64,000 bases of DNA from an uncultured Acidobacteriota bacterium (GTDB lineage Bacteria; Acidobacteriota; JAQAZP01): positions 960,001 through 1,024,000 of the forward strand of contig CAWIIB010000001.1 in NCBI GenBank assembly GCA_963836075.1, given 5' to 3'. Positions 47,592 through 56,983 of this stretch are shown one piece after another. The notes beneath the pieces were generated by a model. It did not search any database, was not told the DNA's origin, and was given only the letters and a program-made list of their open reading frames with translations. The translations under genes were made by a program, and so were the position numbers. Numbering within the stretch: the stretch's first letter is position 1; every line of letters begins with the position of its first letter.

Positions 47592-48818
47592 ATGACCAAC
47601 AGCGATGACAGACAATGGCGGGGGCCAGCCGCACCGAATGGACGACCCGCCCGGGCGGCCGTGGTGGGCGCCGGGCCGGCGGGGGCCAGGGCCGCGTTCA
47701 GGCTGGCCGAAGCCGGGTGGTCGGTTCTGCTCATGGACCACCGCTACCCCTGGGAAAAGCCGTGCGGCGGCGGCCTCAACGAAAGGGCTCTGGCGCTGCT
47801 GCGCCAGAGCGTGCCCGCTTTGCCCGGGGCACCGGGCGGCCGGACCATCCACCTGGAAACGGCAGGAGGAGGCCGGCTGCAGATGGAGCTGGACACACCT
47901 TTCGCCGTCATCCCGCGGATCGACCTGCAGTGCCTGATGGTGGAACAGGCGGTGCAGGCCGGCGCGACACTGCTCACCAGCAAGTTCACCGGCGCCCGGC
48001 GGGAAGGGGACCACGGTCCCTGGGCCATCCGCACCGCTAGCGGCGTGCTTCGCGCGGAGCAGTTAATCGGGGCGGACGGCGCGCTCAGCGCGGTACGCCG
48101 GGCTGTGGCCGGCCCCGATGCCTGGCGGGACGTCCGGCCCGCCCTGGGCCTGGTCCACGTCTTCTCCCGCCCCGCCCCGCAGCCCGGCGGCATGCGCCTG
48201 GTCTTTACCGACGATCCCATGGGATACATCTGGGAATTTCCCGGTGAAGCCTTCTCCACCGTGGGGATTTCCCTGCCCTTTGACCCCCGCGGCGCGGTGC
48301 AGGCCAGGGAGACGCTGCGCACTCACCTGGTGAAAAGGGGCTGGGTCGGTGAGGGGCCTGGTGACACGGTTCCGCCGCTTCGGGGAGCCATCGCACCCTC
48401 GGCTCACGAGTCCCACTGGCAGCAGGGCCGGATCCAGGGGGACGGCTGGGCCCTGCTGGGTGATGCCGCCGGAATGGTGGACCCGCTGACCGGAGAGGGA
48501 ATCTACCATGCCGTCCGGTCGGCCGACATACTGGCCGAGGCACTGCTGGACGGTGAAACGGACCGTTACACCGCAAAGGTACGCGAGGAGATGGGCCCGG
48601 AACTCTCCCTTGCCGCCCGCTATGTCAACAGTTTCTTCCGGGGCAGCTTCCCGGACCAGATGCTGGCCCTGGCCGACAGGCACAGCGCTATCCGCGATGT
48701 GCTCGGTGACCTGGTGTCCGGCCGTCAGTCCTACCAGGGCTTGAAGCGGACCCTGTTGCGCAGCTGTATCCCCGCGGCGCTGCGCTACCTGGCGCTCAAA
48801 CTGACCCGCCGCTGGTGA
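47592..48818 (+). CDS. Geranylgeranyl reductase family FAD-dependent oxidoreductase
   Basis: GAGPAG, EKPCGGG, GADGA, GYIWEFP, GDAAGMVDPLTGEGIY. Confidence 0.88.
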   Translation: MTNSDDRQWRGPAAPNGRPARAAVVGAGPAGARAAFRLAEAGWSVLLMDHRYPWEKPCGGGLNERALALLRQSVPALPGAPGGRTIHLETAGGGRLQMELDTPFAVIPRIDLQCLMVEQAVQAGATLLTSKFTGARREGDHGPWAIRTASGVLRAEQLIGADGALSAVRRAVAGPDAWRDVRPALGLVHVFSRPAPQPGGMRLVFTDDPMGYIWEFPGEAFSTVGISLPFDPRGAVQARETLRTHLVKRGWVGEGPGDTVPPLRGAIAPSAHESHWQQGRIQGDGWALLGDAAGMVDPLTGEGIYHAVRSADILAEALLDGETDRYTAKVREEMGPELSLAARYVNSFFRGSFPDQMLALADRHSAIRDVLGDLVSGRQSYQGLKRTLLRSCIPAALRYLALKLTRRW

Positions 48819-50163
48819 GGGGCGGGGGGGTCCAGGATCTGATCCGTTCCACCAGGCAGCCGTGCAGCGCGTCGATGGCCACCCGCTCCTGCTCCATGCT
48901 GTCCCGGTCACGGACGGTGACCGTCTGGTCGGTGAGGGTGTCCGAATCGACGGTGATGCCAAAGGGCGTTCCGGCCTCGTCCTGCCGCCGGTAACGCCGG
49001 CCCACGGCCCCGCCTTCGTCATAGAACACCGGCATGCCGCGGCCGCTGAGATCGTCCTTGATCCCCCGTGCGATCTCCGGCATCCCGTCCCGTTTGACCA
49101 GCGGGAAGATGGCGGCCTTGATCGGGGCCAGTTTTGGCGAAAGGTGGAGCACCACCCGGGTGTCCTTCTCCAGTTCCTCTTCCTCGTAGGCATCCACCAG
49201 GATGGTCAGCAGGGAACGGTCCACTCCGGCCGAAGTCTCCACAATGTGGGGGATGAAGCGTTCATTGGCCGCCGGGTCGATATAGGTCAGTTTCTTGCCC
49301 GAGTGCTCCTGGTGGCGGCTGAGATCAAAATCGGTGCGGTCGTGTATCCCTTCCAGCTCCTTGCGGCCAAAGGGGAAATCGTACTCGATGTCGAAGGCGG
49401 CCCGGGCGTAGTGGGCCAGATCGTCCGGCCCGTGTTCGTGGAAATGCAGCCGGTCGGCCCGAACCCCCTGGGCCACGTACCAGGCCATCCGCCGTTCCTT
49501 CCAGTATTCCAGCCACTCCGGCCCGGTGTCCGGCTTGATGAAATACTGCATCTCCATCTGCTCGAACTCGCGCATGCGGAAGATGAAATTCCCCGGCGTG
49601 ATCTCGTTGCGGAAGGCCTTGCCGATCTGGGCGATGCCAAAGGGGACCTTCTTCCGCGAGGAGGTCTGGACGTTGAGGAAGTTGACGTAAATCCCCTGGG
49701 CGGTCTCCGGCCGGAGGAAGACCACCGAAGCACTGTCCTCCAGCGGTCCCATGAACGTCTTGAACATCAGGTTGAACTGCCGCTGCTCGGTCATCTCGCC
49801 GCCGCAGACCGGGCAGGAGTCCCCCTCGAAATCGTCATCGCGGAACCGGCGGCGGCACTTCTTGCAATCCACCATCGGGTCGGTGAAACCGTCCACGTGA
49901 CCCGAGGCCTGCCAGATGTCGGGGTGCATCAGCACACTGGAGTCGAGACCCACCACGTCCTCACGCGAGTGAACCATCTCCTTCCACCAGTTCTGCTTGA
50001 TGTTGTTCTTCAGTTCCACGCCCAGCGGCCCGTAATCCCAGCAGCTGTTCAGTCCGCCATAGATCTCGCTGGATTGAAAAATGTAGCCCCGGCGTTTGCA
50101 AAGCGACACCACCTTCTGCATCCGCTCCTCGCCGGGCGCGGCCTGCTGGTTCTTCTTTCCCAT
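48796..50163 (-). CDS. glyQS: Glycine--tRNA ligase, alpha2 (archaeal/eukaryote-type)
   Basis: SLCKRRG..SSEIYGG..WDYGPLG, LRPETAQG, FRNEITP..FRMREFEQME, RRYRRQDEAGTP. RBS gaggag. Confidence 0.95.
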   Translation of the reverse strand: MGKKNQQAAPGEERMQKVVSLCKRRGYIFQSSEIYGGLNSCWDYGPLGVELKNNIKQNWWKEMVHSREDVVGLDSSVLMHPDIWQASGHVDGFTDPMVDCKKCRRRFRDDDFEGDSCPVCGGEMTEQRQFNLMFKTFMGPLEDSASVVFLRPETAQGIYVNFLNVQTSSRKKVPFGIAQIGKAFRNEITPGNFIFRMREFEQMEMQYFIKPDTGPEWLEYWKERRMAWYVAQGVRADRLHFHEHGPDDLAHYARAAFDIEYDFPFGRKELEGIHDRTDFDLSRHQEHSGKKLTYIDPAANERFIPHIVETSAGVDRSLLTILVDAYEEEELEKDTRVVLHLSPKLAPIKAAIFPLVKRDGMPEIARGIKDDLSGRGMPVFYDEGGAVGRRYRRQDEAGTPFGITVDSDTLTDQTVTVRDRDSMEQERVAIDALHGCLVERIRSWTPPPLTSGGSV

Positions 50164-50208
50164 GAAAAAACTCTCCTCAACGGTCTGGCATCTCCCGGAC
50201 ACCCGGGA

Positions 50209-50907
50209 TCAGAGGCTCTCGGCCTTCTTGATCGCCAGGGCCCGGCGGTCGCCGTTCTTCATCGTCACCACCTTGAGCAGACGAAAATCAGCGAGCAGGT
50301 TTTCGATCTCACGGTTCTCGTACAGCTTCACCAGACGGTCGGCGGTGGTTTTCTTCTTCAGATACCGCTCCGTGGTCAGGACGGCCGTCCGCCCGTCCGC
50401 CAGCGGCAGGTTCCGCAGATGGGCGAAGGTGGCGGCCAGAACCCCTCCGGCCTTGAGCACGCGGTACATCCAGGACACCAGCTGGTGGGCATCGTCCGGA
50501 GCAAAGTAGTTGAACAGATAGCGTCCGTACACCCCGTCGAAGTGCTCATCGCCGTACGGCAGGTTCTCCAGTTCGTCCCAACTCCGGCCGGCGGAGTGCC
50601 GTTCACGGGCGTTGAGGAAGATCCGTTTCTCCTGATAGGTGGTTACCAGGTCTTCGGCCGACACCTTGAAACCCTGCTCGGCAAAATAGAGCATCCGGCG
50701 CTTTCCCGTGTGAGTGAAGTCAAGGACCACGGGATTGATCCGTTTCTTCATCTCCACCTCGAAATCGAGGACCAGGGCCGGATCGAAATCGGACACACTC
50801 CCGTCCCCGGAATCAGCCCCGATTTCGGACGCCCCCGACTCGTTCGCGGCCTTGTTTCGCCGCCGGCCGCCACCCAGACGCCAGAATCCCATGTTGATGT
50901 ACTCCAT
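50209..50907 (-). CDS. Class I SAM-dependent methyltransferase-like protein (degenerate motif I)
   Basis: LPYGDEHFDGV..LFNY..YRVLKAGGVL. Motif I reads VLDFTHTG. Start uncertain (50907 or 50892). Confidence 0.65.
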   Translation of the reverse strand: MEYINMGFWRLGGGRRRNKAANESGASEIGADSGDGSVSDFDPALVLDFEVEMKKRINPVVLDFTHTGKRRMLYFAEQGFKVSAEDLVTTYQEKRIFLNARERHSAGRSWDELENLPYGDEHFDGVYGRYLFNYFAPDDAHQLVSWMYRVLKAGGVLAATFAHLRNLPLADGRTAVLTTERYLKKKTTADRLVKLYENREIENLLADFRLLKVVTMKNGDRRALAIKKAESL

Positions 50908-51038
50908 TGACCGCGAACTGCAGCCCCCAAAAAAATCGTGCCGTGTCGGGGGGCCGGAAGTGCAGTGTTCCCGGGAAGGGAGGATAGTATCAGAATCGCC
51001 CGGGCAGTTCAAAAGTGGTGGTCTCAAAAAATAGATCA

Positions 51039-51067
51039 TTGCATTTACGGCATCGTCATGCTATATT
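51039..51067 (+). promoter_or_regulatory. Sigma70 promoter (TTGCAT-17-TATATT, extended TG)
   Basis: Lies in an AT-rich patch ~480 nt upstream of the hfq-like gene. Confidence 0.55.
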
Positions 51068-51549
51068 TTATTACAAATACATAGAACCTGTTTCAACCTA
51101 ATGAAAAGAATGACGTGAGCGGATTTAACCGTCCCCGCAGGGCTGCGGCATTTCCACAAACTCAGGCAGCTTCTGAAGCTCACATCCAACTGACTGAAAA
51201 ATAACAGGTTTCACGCTTTTCACCGGAAACCGGTGTACGTGCACCGGGATAGTCCAAAAAAGTGATTATCTACAGTCTCCTATCCGACGAAGAGACGGAA
51301 TATAGGCGGCACAAAAGAATCCAGACCGGAACCGAGAACAGCATCCCCGGGGTGAAGCATATCCTGCACCCCGGGCCGACAGCGTGAAGGCAGGCGGTAC
51401 CACCGCCCGGTCATCACCCGCCGGCGACGGCATCAGGCTCCTCGCAACGAGGGTCCGACCCCGGCGGAAAACAAGTCAGCCTCGCGTGAGGGTTCCACTG
51501 CCGGCGGCAGGGTGCAGGGGATGACGAATTGAGGGAGGGGGCACTGATC

Positions 51550-51897
51550 ATGAAACAGAACGAAGTAGCGGCCAACAGGAAGCTGATCCGGCCGAATCTG
51601 GCCGAGTTAAAAGACTCGGTCACCACGATGAACCGGGTCAAGCGGCGCAAACAGGTGCCGCCGGAGCAGACGAACGCGGAAAACTACTACTACATCAAGC
51701 AGATGACCGGAAAAACTCCGATGGTGGTAGTGCTGGAAGACGGGGAGACGCTGCACGGCAGCATCGAGTGGTACGACAAGAACTGTATCAAGCTGAACCG
51801 TGATGACGAACCGAACCTGATGATCATGAAGCGCCACATCAAGTATATGTTCAAGAACGAAGAAGTGGAGAAGGAGGTTGAGCCGATCCACGGATGA
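51550..51897 (+). CDS. hfq: Hfq-like (Sm/LSm) RNA chaperone
   Basis: ENYYYIKQMTGKTPMVVVLEDGETLHGSIEWYDKNCIKL..NLMIMKRHIKYM: Sm1/Sm2 pattern. Purine-rich RBS. Confidence 0.75.
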   Translation: MKQNEVAANRKLIRPNLAELKDSVTTMNRVKRRKQVPPEQTNAENYYYIKQMTGKTPMVVVLEDGETLHGSIEWYDKNCIKLNRDDEPNLMIMKRHIKYMFKNEEVEKEVEPIHG

Positions 51898-51984
51898 TCG
51901 GGGCTCCCGAGCTGAACGCATCACAGGCCCGCACACCCCAGATATCCCCGACAGTCCGAGGCCTGCTCCCGCTCCCCCACTCCC

Positions 51985-53070
51985 TCACGCCGGTCTTGTA
52001 TCCGTCATATCCGTTCCGCAGATTCCCGAGAGACTGATCAGCATCATTTCGCAGACCAGGCGGCGGTTCAGGTTGCGCTCCAACCCTTTCTTCACGGCCG
52101 CAGCCAGCTGGTAGGCCCGGCCCGGATCCACCGGGTCCAGATCCCCGGCCAGTTCCCGCAGTTCATCCACCAGGTCGGGACTGGAGAGCAGTTCCACCGC
52201 TGAGCCGGACTGCAGGAGGATCAGGTCCCGCAGCAATGACCCCAGAAGCTCCGGGATCTCCCGGCCCACCAATTCCCACTGTTTGGCCGAACCGGAGACG
52301 GCCGCGGCCATCTCCATCAGTGTCTGCCTGGGGCCCCACCCCGGCCGGGCAGCGGTCTGCACCATCTCCAGGGCCAGCGCCCGCTGCTCGCGCCAGGTTT
52401 CGAGGTCCAGATCCAGGGCTCTTCCCAGGCTGCCTCCGGATATGGAGGAGAGAAGCCGCGCTTCCACGGGGGGACGGTGAAAACGATCCCTCAGGATCTC
52501 CTCGAGACCGTCCCTGCTGAAACGGCGAAAACGGACCGACTGGCAGCGGGAGCGGATGGTGGACAGCAGGGCGTCGGGCTGGCTGGTCACCAGAATGATC
52601 AGGCAGGTGGGCGGCGGCTCTTCCAGTGTCTTGAGCAGTCCTTGCCGGGCATCAATCTGGATGCGCTCCGGGCGGTCGATGATGAAGGTATTGCCGATGG
52701 CCTCCTGGGGGCAGAGCCGGACCTGGTGGTTGAGCCAGCGGATGGTGCCCCAATCGGGGTTATGCTGATCCCCGATTTTAATGATCCCCGGGTCCTTCCC
52801 CTCGGGCTCGAGGAAGTAGAGATCCGGGTGGTGCTGCCGGTCCCGGGCCTCGTATTGCCGGGCCATGCGCGCACAGGAAGGGCAACTGCCGCCGCAGTCT
52901 CCCGCCCCCGCCAGGCGTTGGGGGCAGGCGCGATACATCGCGAGGCGCAGGGCCATCCGCCGCTTGCCCACCCCTTCGGGCCCGTGGAAGAGCAGGGCGT
53001 GGTGCAGCCGGTCCGCCTCCGCCGATCGAAGGAGGATCTGCTGGATATCCTCATTGCCCAAAATGTTCAT
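51985..53070 (-). CDS. holB: DNA polymerase III subunit delta'
   Basis: HALLFHGPEGVGK, CGGSCPSC, HPDL, LLKTLEEPP, LLSTIRSRCQ. Confidence 0.92.
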   Translation of the reverse strand: MNILGNEDIQQILLRSAEADRLHHALLFHGPEGVGKRRMALRLAMYRACPQRLAGAGDCGGSCPSCARMARQYEARDRQHHPDLYFLEPEGKDPGIIKIGDQHNPDWGTIRWLNHQVRLCPQEAIGNTFIIDRPERIQIDARQGLLKTLEEPPPTCLIILVTSQPDALLSTIRSRCQSVRFRRFSRDGLEEILRDRFHRPPVEARLLSSISGGSLGRALDLDLETWREQRALALEMVQTAARPGWGPRQTLMEMAAAVSGSAKQWELVGREIPELLGSLLRDLILLQSGSAVELLSSPDLVDELRELAGDLDPVDPGRAYQLAAAVKKGLERNLNRRLVCEMMLISLSGICGTDMTDTRPA

Positions 53071-53081
53071 GGTGCGTCCGA

Positions 53082-53783
53082 CTAGCGGCCGAAGGTAAAC
53101 CCGATTCCGAGGTTCATTGCATACTGGTCAAAAAGATGGGCCTCCGCCATGAGGTAGACCCGCTCGCTGATCCCGTAGTCCACACCGGCCACGAAGCCGA
53201 AGGGATCGTCGGAGTCCATCCCCGGCACCTTGCGGTCCCCGGAGAGATCGACGCCGGAAAGCCGGAGCCCGCCGTAGAGCAGGAAGTCCTTGACCCCCTT
53301 GGTGGCGATCACCGAAGCGCCGTAGGCATTGGCGTCCAGGTCGGTTGCCCCCTCACTGCTCTGCAACCGGTCGAAGGACGCGGAGAAGACGATGTTAATC
53401 GAGGGATCGCTCTTCGCGCGAAACAGCGTGAACATCAACCCGGCGCCAAAAACGGGTTCCAGGGACCCGTTGAACCCCTGGCGGTCCAGCCGGAGGTCGG
53501 ACATCCCCAGGCGCCCGAACACCGCAATCCGGGAGGTGATGCCGTAGGTCCCCTTGAGCGCCATGAAGTAGGAACTGAGGTCGTCCTTCTGTCCCCCGTA
53601 CTCCATGTCCCGGTTGAGGTAGCCCAGCTCCAGGGAAAGCGTGAATCCCCGCGCCATGGGGTTGAGTACCGGGTTGCCGCTGCTGCCGGCAAAGGCACTC
53701 CCCGCCCCGGCGGCCAGCAGGGCCACGGCACATGCGGCCCGCAACGCCCAACCGGCAAGCCCCCGTCGCCAGATTCGATTCAT
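53082..53783 (-). CDS. Outer membrane beta-barrel protein
   Basis: Signal peptide (..SAFA), alternating amphipathic strands, C-terminal LGIGFTF. RBS gaggagg. Confidence 0.75.
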   Translation of the reverse strand: MNRIWRRGLAGWALRAACAVALLAAGAGSAFAGSSGNPVLNPMARGFTLSLELGYLNRDMEYGGQKDDLSSYFMALKGTYGITSRIAVFGRLGMSDLRLDRQGFNGSLEPVFGAGLMFTLFRAKSDPSINIVFSASFDRLQSSEGATDLDANAYGASVIATKGVKDFLLYGGLRLSGVDLSGDRKVPGMDSDDPFGFVAGVDYGISERVYLMAEAHLFDQYAMNLGIGFTFGR

Positions 53784-53821
53784 CGTCGCCTCCTCTTCCG
53801 TCATGCCCTGAACAGCGAGTC

Positions 53822-54811
53822 TCACCGGGGAACAGGAAAACGCGGCGGCCCCCCGGCCAGAACGGCGGCCATGTCGTCGATGGCCATCATCCCCATTTTC
53901 ACCCGGGTGGCCGTGCTGGCGCTGCCGATGTGCGGCAGCAGGACCACGTCGTCGCGGCCCAGCAGGCCGGGATGAATCGCCGGTTCATTCTCGAACACGT
54001 CGAGGCCGGCACCGGCCAGCCGGCCCTCTTCCAGCGCTTCCACCAGCGCCCCTTCGTCGATCACCGGCCCCCGGGAACTGTTCACCAGATAGGCCCCGGG
54101 TTTCATCGAAGCAAACGTCTCCCGGGAAAAGAGGTGCCTCGTCTCCCCGGTCAAGGGGAGGTGGATGGAAATCAGGTCGGAACTGACCAGCAGCTGGTGC
54201 AGCGGTACGCGCACCGCGCCGGTCCGCTCCTCCTCTTGCGGCGTCAGCGGCTCGCGGTCGGCATAGACCAGCCGCACCCCGAACCCGGCCAACCGCTTCG
54301 CCACCGCCCGGCCGATCCTCCCCATCCCCACCAGCCCCACCTGCATCCCCTGCAGGTCAGCCCCGAGAAGAAGAGTCGGGCCCCAGCAGGTGTAGCGTCC
54401 CTGGCGGGTGTAACGGTCCGCTTCCACCAGGCGGCGGGTCACGGCCAGGATCAGACCCACGGTCAACTCGGCAGTGGTATCGGTGAGCACTCCCGGGGTG
54501 TGTGTCACCTCGATTGCCCGCGAACGGGCATACCCGACGTCGATGTTGTCGTATCCCACCGCCACGTTGGCAACGCACCTGAGGCGGGGCGCTGCATCGA
54601 TCAGCTGCCGGTCGATCCTCTCGGTGAGCAGGGAGACGATCCCCTCGGCGTCAGCCACGCGGTCCAGCAGCGTCCCGCGGTCGGGGAGATCTTCGGGGGG
54701 AGCGGAGTCCAGCAGGTGAAACCGACGGGCAGCGGTTTCCATCACCGGTGCCGGCAGCAGACGCGTAACCAGCACCCGGGATTGATGGCCGGTCCCCGGC
54801 CCGCTGTTCAC
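53822..54811 (-). CDS. D-glycerate dehydrogenase / glyoxylate reductase (2-hydroxyacid dehydrogenase)
   Basis: AVGYDNID, TPGVLTDTTAE, GMGRIG, NSSRG, LDVFENEP, PHIGSA. Confidence 0.93.
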   Translation of the reverse strand: MNSGPGTGHQSRVLVTRLLPAPVMETAARRFHLLDSAPPEDLPDRGTLLDRVADAEGIVSLLTERIDRQLIDAAPRLRCVANVAVGYDNIDVGYARSRAIEVTHTPGVLTDTTAELTVGLILAVTRRLVEADRYTRQGRYTCWGPTLLLGADLQGMQVGLVGMGRIGRAVAKRLAGFGVRLVYADREPLTPQEEERTGAVRVPLHQLLVSSDLISIHLPLTGETRHLFSRETFASMKPGAYLVNSSRGPVIDEGALVEALEEGRLAGAGLDVFENEPAIHPGLLGRDDVVLLPHIGSASTATRVKMGMMAIDDMAAVLAGGPPRFPVPR

Positions 54812-55104
54812 GGCCCGCCCTCAGCAGAAGCGCCATCCCGCTTCCCGCCGCGGCTGAATATGTCACGGCACTCGGCGGAGCAGAAAAAATGCTCGACGCT
54901 CCCGTCCACCAGGCTCGCCGACCCTTCGCGCGGGACAAAGGTGCCGCAGACCGGGTCGCGAACCATCTCTCCCTTGTGGATCACCTCCCGGTCACCGCCC
55001 CGCACCTCACCCCTCCCCCGCGATGGCAGGAAGATTCTTCGCACCGCACGGTACACCATCAACACCGCGAGAAAGATCAGCAGGAACCGGAAAAGCATCC
55101 CCAA
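54808..55104 (-). CDS. YHS/TRASH domain membrane protein
   Basis: N-terminal TM, MVRDPVCGTFVP..FFCSAEC. Confidence 0.85.
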   Translation of the reverse strand: MGMLFRFLLIFLAVLMVYRAVRRIFLPSRGRGEVRGGDREVIHKGEMVRDPVCGTFVPREGSASLVDGSVEHFFCSAECRDIFSRGGKRDGASAEGGP

Positions 55105-55117
55105 TTTGATTCACCCG

Positions 55118-56620
55118 TCAATAGGCCTTGTCAAAAATCACCCGGCAGGGAGAAGTCTTGCCGCAGACGATGCAGACCCCCTCGCCTTCCCCTTCCCGGC
55201 TGAGCGGTTCGAAGGGGATGCAGCGGATGCTGGCCTTGGTCTCGCTCTGGACCTTCTCCTCGCAGTCAGCCGATCCGCACCAGTGGGCATGGACGAAACC
55301 GCAGGTCTCCTCCATGATCCGCCGCAGTTCCTCGTAGTCGTCCACCAGGTGGGTGTTCTCCTCGCGGAAGGCCAGGGCCTTGCTGAAGATCCCCGCCTGG
55401 ATCTCTTCCAATAACAGGGGAACACGGGTCACCAGATCGCCGTCGGCAATGGGCTGTTTCTCGCCGCTGTCCCGCCGGGCGGCAAAGACCTGTCCCGCCT
55501 CGAGGTCCCGGGGCCCCAGTTCCAGCCGCAGTGGAACACCCTTCAGCTCCCAGTGACTGAACTTGTAGCCCGGCTTGTACTGCTCCCGGAGGTCCACCTC
55601 AACGCGGACTCCGGCATCGCGCAGCGCCTGGCCCAGGGCTTCGGCTTTATCCGCCACCCGGGCCCGCTCGTCGTCACCGCGCCAGATGGGCACGATGACC
55701 ACCTGGACCGGCGCCAGACGCGGCGGAAGCACCAGCCCGCTGTCATCACCGTGGGCCATCACCATCGCCCCGATCAGGCGGGTGCTCACGCCCCAGCTGG
55801 TCTGCCAGACGTGGGCCATCTTTCCTTCCCTGTCCTGGAATTTTACGTCAAAGGCCCTGGCAAAGTTCTGTCCCAGGTCGTGGGAGGTGCCGGCCTGCAG
55901 GGCCCGCCGGTCCTGCATCATCGCCTCCACACAGCAGGTGGACAGCGCCCCGGCGAACTTTTCCCTGTCGGACTTGGTACCCTTGATCACCGGCACCGCC
56001 ATGTAGTCCTCGGCAAACCGGGCGTAGACCTCGAGCATCTTCAGCACGTGGGCCCCGGACTCCTCGTGGGTCTCGTGGGCCGTGTGCCCCTCCTGCCAGA
56101 GGAACTCGGTGGTGCGCAGGAAGAGCCGGGTCCGCATTTCCCAACGGACGATGTTGGCCCACTGGTTGAGCTTCAGCGGCAGGTCGCGGTAGGACATGAT
56201 CCACTTGGAGAACATGGCGTACATGATGGTCTCGGAAGTGGGACGGACCACCAGCGGCTCTTCCAGCTTCTTGCCGCCGCCGTGGGTCACCACCGCGCAC
56301 TCGGGGGCAAAGCCCTCCACGTGCTCGGCTTCCTTCTGCAGAAAGCTCTCCGGGATGAAGAGGGGGAAGTAGGCATTGCGGTGACCGGTCTCGCGGAACA
56401 TGCGGTCCAGCACATCACGCATCTGCTCCCACAGGCCGTAGCCGTCGGGCCGGATCACCATGCAGCCCTTGATCGGCGAGTAGTCGGCCAGCTCGGACTG
56501 CAGCACCACGTCGGTATACCAGCGGGAGTAATCCTCCTCCCGCGGCGTGATCAGTTTGCTCTTTTTCCTGGCGGATCCACCCCCGCCCTGTCCCTTTGCT
56601 GCCGTCATCTGTCCACCCAC
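55118..56620 (-). CDS. proS: Proline--tRNA ligase, archaeal/eukaryote-type
   Basis: RPTSET, VRWEMRTRLFLRTTEFLWQEGH, QAGTSHDLGQNF, SWGVSTR, C-terminal Zn domain ending KAY. Start 56620 (GTG) or 56608 (ATG). Confidence 0.96.
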   Translation of the reverse strand: MGGQMTAAKGQGGGGSARKKSKLITPREEDYSRWYTDVVLQSELADYSPIKGCMVIRPDGYGLWEQMRDVLDRMFRETGHRNAYFPLFIPESFLQKEAEHVEGFAPECAVVTHGGGKKLEEPLVVRPTSETIMYAMFSKWIMSYRDLPLKLNQWANIVRWEMRTRLFLRTTEFLWQEGHTAHETHEESGAHVLKMLEVYARFAEDYMAVPVIKGTKSDREKFAGALSTCCVEAMMQDRRALQAGTSHDLGQNFARAFDVKFQDREGKMAHVWQTSWGVSTRLIGAMVMAHGDDSGLVLPPRLAPVQVVIVPIWRGDDERARVADKAEALGQALRDAGVRVEVDLREQYKPGYKFSHWELKGVPLRLELGPRDLEAGQVFAARRDSGEKQPIADGDLVTRVPLLLEEIQAGIFSKALAFREENTHLVDDYEELRRIMEETCGFVHAHWCGSADCEEKVQSETKASIRCIPFEPLSREGEGEGVCIVCGKTSPCRVIFDKAY

Positions 56621-56783
56621 CTCCTGACCGGAAATACGGTCGTCCAGCCCCGCCGCGGAGCCTCAATCCTGGTCACCGGGAAAGCGGCACACCGTACTAC
56701 GCGCCCGAGGCTCTCGTCAAGGAATCAGCAGCACTCACCACCGGCACTAGACGCCGCTGCGGAGCCGTGCGTAGAAGGGTGTG

Positions 56784-56965
56784 AGACGAGGGGAACGGCC
56801 ACGGGGCCGGCCCCGGGACTGAGGGCCTGCCGGGTCCTCAGAGGTCATCACCACCGGCTCCGGGAACGGTAGCCGGGAAGTCTAGCCAGGAAACTCTTGC
56901 TTACTGTGGGAAACGGGAACAACCTTAGGCCCGGGATGCCAGGCGGCAACCCGGGCCGCTTTTTT
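56784..56965 (+). ncRNA. Candidate small RNA (GGA-rich, own terminator)
   Basis: Plus-strand hairpin + T6 between two minus-strand genes, internal hairpins, 8 GGA motifs, possible TAGACG-18-TAGAAG promoter at 56748-56777. Confidence 0.45.
56928..56965 (+). terminator. Rho-independent terminator (plus strand)
   Basis: ggcccggg..cccgggcc stem followed by gctttttt. Confidence 0.7.
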
Positions 56966-56983
56966 GGGCGTGTGCCGGCAGGA

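Noticed and set aside
56850-56880. GGAA-tetraloop hairpin as SRP RNA domain IV
   Set aside because: It lacks the conserved CAGG/AGCA internal loop and the long terminal helix.
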